DNA from: the human T2T-CHM13v2.0 reference genome, Homo sapiens
Length of the DNA stretch: 64,000 bases
Direction: 5' to 3' (one strand)
Assembly (NCBI RefSeq): GCF_009914755.1
Contig: NC_060926.1
The notes under the pieces are model-generated. The model was given only the letters and a program-made list of their open reading frames with translations. It ran no database searches and had not been told where the DNA came from. This document shows positions 60,981 through 64,000 of the stretch, piece by piece. The stretch's first letter is position 1. Every line of letters begins with the position of its first letter. A program made the translations under genes and the position numbers.

Positions 60981-62039
60981 AAATTTTAGCTCAAAAATTC
61001 TCAATAATCATCAAATGTTCTAGATTATTATCTAGGAGGTGTTCAAAGGAGTTGGCTATGTTATGGAAGGTCTGTGTAACTTTTTTTTGTGTGTGTGTGT
61101 AGGTTTTGTGGAGTGACAGACACAAGTTTAAAATAACCTGCAATCCAGTATCAGGAGTCACCCCATATCCTCAGAACTGAACAAAACCGAATAAACAAAT
61201 ATGTAAACTACAAAAACAGCAAAAGACTTTCTTTGGAAATACAGGATTAATGTCTTTAAGTGAGTTTAACCTCTTGAACCATACATCATACAGACATTCT
61301 TTGATTAAAATGTAGACCAGATTAAACAAACAAAAAAACAAAACAGCTGTCTCAGTGAGTCAACCTAGGAGCATAGCACAGAGCGAAGCCACAAACTCCA
61401 TGAAAGTCGAGGCAAGGGTTCTCGAGAAGTGTCTGTGCTGCCTGTGGTCTGGAAGACACATTCTGGCACTTTCCATGCAACTTGAGTGCAGTGTTAATTC
61501 TTACCTGTCATAATAACAGCCACCTTCTGAGGCATTACCCTGCCAGGCACTGTTCTAGGCAGCTTACTATTTTAATACTGGATTGCAGGTTATTTTAAAC
61601 TTGTGTCTGTCACTCCACAAAACCTTCACACAAAAAAAGTTTTTATAATTTTCTCAGCGTCAAACAGCTAATAAGTGGTAGTTAGGATTTCAGTCTCGTT
61701 CTTGACATCCATGCTTATACCCACAGCACATATTTTCATCAACTTGTAGAAGCTTATCCTTCTTGACATCATGTGTGGTTTTATGGGCAGGCTCTTTAGA
61801 TTTATATATGGGTAAAGTATTTTAGAAATATTTATAAATATGTTGCATGTCCACATGAATTTGCTGTCATTTCTCTCCCTTTTTGATGTTCCCTTATATT
61901 TTATTTTTCTATAGTTATTACTTTGCATGCTGTTATTGCCTACCTTGACTCTATTTTCCTGATAAATAAATGTTTATTGAGCAACAGGATGAGTGAACAT
62001 TTCCCAAAACCTGCAACTCTAACAGCTAGATCCTTATCC

Positions 62040-63912
62040 ATCATTATTAATATTGCACTTATTATATATATTTATATATAATATTGCATTTAATATATAA
62101 ATATAAATAATATATTAAATGTATATATAATATATTAAATATAAATATATTTATAATATATAAATATTTATATAAATATAAAATATATATAAAATATAAA
62201 TATATATTAAATATATATTAAATATATTAAATATAAATATATATTAAATATATATTAAATATATAAAATATAAATATATATTAAATATATTTTAAATATA
62301 TAAAATATAAATATATATTAAATATATTTTAAATATATAAAATATAAATATATATTAAATATATTTTAAATATATTAAATATAAATATATATATTAAATA
62401 TATATTATATATATAAAATATATAAAATATAAATATATATTAAATATATATAAAATATATATGTTAAATATATAAAAGATATATAAAATATAAATATATT
62501 AAATATATATAAAATATATATATATTAAATATATATATTAAATATAAATATATATAAAATATAAATATATGTATTAAATATATATTAAATATAAATATAT
62601 GTATTAAATATATATTAAATATGAATATATGTATTAAATATATATTAAATATAAATATATGTATTATATATATAAAATATAAATATATGTATTAAATATA
62701 TATATTAAATATAAATATATATAAAATATATATTAAATATAAATATATATAAAATATAAATATTAAAAATATATATAATATAAATATATATAAAATATAT
62801 ATATTAAAAATATATATAATATAAATATATATAAAATATATATATTAAAAATATATATAAAATATATATATTAAAAATATATATAAAATATATATATTAA
62901 AAATATATATAAAATATATATATTAAAAATATATATTAAATATAACTATATATATTAAAAATATATATTAAATATAACTATATATTAAATATATTAAATA
63001 TAACTATATATTAAATATATATTAAATATAACTATATATTAAATATATATTAAATATAACTATATATTAAATATATATTAAATATAACTATATATTAAAT
63101 ATATATTAAATATAACTATATATTAAATATATATTAAATATAACTATATATTAAATATATATTAAATATAACTATATATTAAATATATATTAAATATAAC
63201 TATATATTAAATATATATTAAATATAACTATATATTAAATATATATTAAATATAACTATATATTAAATATATATTAAATATAACTATATATTAAATATAT
63301 ATTAAATATAACTATATATTAAATATATATTAAATATAACTATATATTAAATATATATTAAATATAACTATATATTAAATATATATTAAATATAACTATA
63401 TATTAAATATATATTAAATATAACTATATATTAAATATATATTAAATATAACTATATATATTAAATATAAATATATGTATTAAATATATATTAAATATAA
63501 ATATATGTATTAAATATATATTAAATATAAATATGTGTATTAAATATATATTAAATATAAATATGTGTATTAAATATCTATATTAAATATAAATATATGT
63601 ATTAAATATCTATATTAAATATAAATATATGTATTAAATATATATTAAATATAAATATATATTAAATATATATATTAAATATATATATTAAATATATATA
63701 TTAAATATAAATATATATTAAATATATATATTAAATATAAATATATATAAAATATATATATTAAATATAAATATAAAATATATATTAAATATAAATACAT
63801 ATATTAAATATATGTATTAAATATATATATAAAATATATGTATTAAATATAAATATATATATAAAATATGTATTAAATATAAACATATATAAGAAATATA
63901 TATATGTATATA
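62040..63912. repeat. About 1.9-kb almost pure A/T compound minisatellite with a core of about 16 perfect 28-bp units
   Basis: Unit TAACTATATATTAAATATATATTAAATA from about 63001 to 63456; related variants on both flanks. Confidence 0.97.
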
Positions 63913-64000
63913 TTTAGTGTTTGGCCACAAGACAAGATCAATAATGGTTAGGTTCATTGAGATTTCTAATCTAACTTCTGGATAATGCAAAAGCTTCTCA

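Noticed and set aside
62040-63912. Translocation-type palindromic AT-rich repeat (PATRR)
   Set aside because: No centre of symmetry is visible and the units keep the same orientation throughout. An inverted self dot-plot would settle it.

Overview
AT-rich primate (human or great-ape type) genomic DNA with no CpG island, dominated by interspersed repeats. I found no supportable host protein-coding exon, RNA gene or CRISPR array; every recognisable ORF is LINE-1 or Alu derived. Main elements: a minus-strand old L1PA whose 5'UTR is fused directly to ORF2 (1-1213); a full-length but dead L1PA3/4 with a 15-bp TSD (3919-10045); a nested stack of L1ME > Tigger3b > L1PA7 > AluY (about 15525-23570); 5'-truncated L1PA13-16 (35806-37461) and L1PA4 (48011-49264) copies; five Alus; MaLR, ERVL and ERV1 LTRs; MER58A, MER5, MER96B, L2 and MIR relics; and several microsatellites. 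The most unusual items are a ~48-bp twin-primed L1 micro-insertion (33880-33927), an ungapped 150-bp duplication not assigned to any repeat family (24701/26233), a 22-bp exact repeat bracketing a possible orphan retro-insert (33932-35338), a 35-bp palindrome-containing AT VNTR (38965-39260) and a ~1.9-kb AT-rich compound minisatellite (62040-63912). I see no convincing new biological system. Subfamily names were assigned by eye from remembered consensus features and need RepeatMasker/Dfam confirmation.
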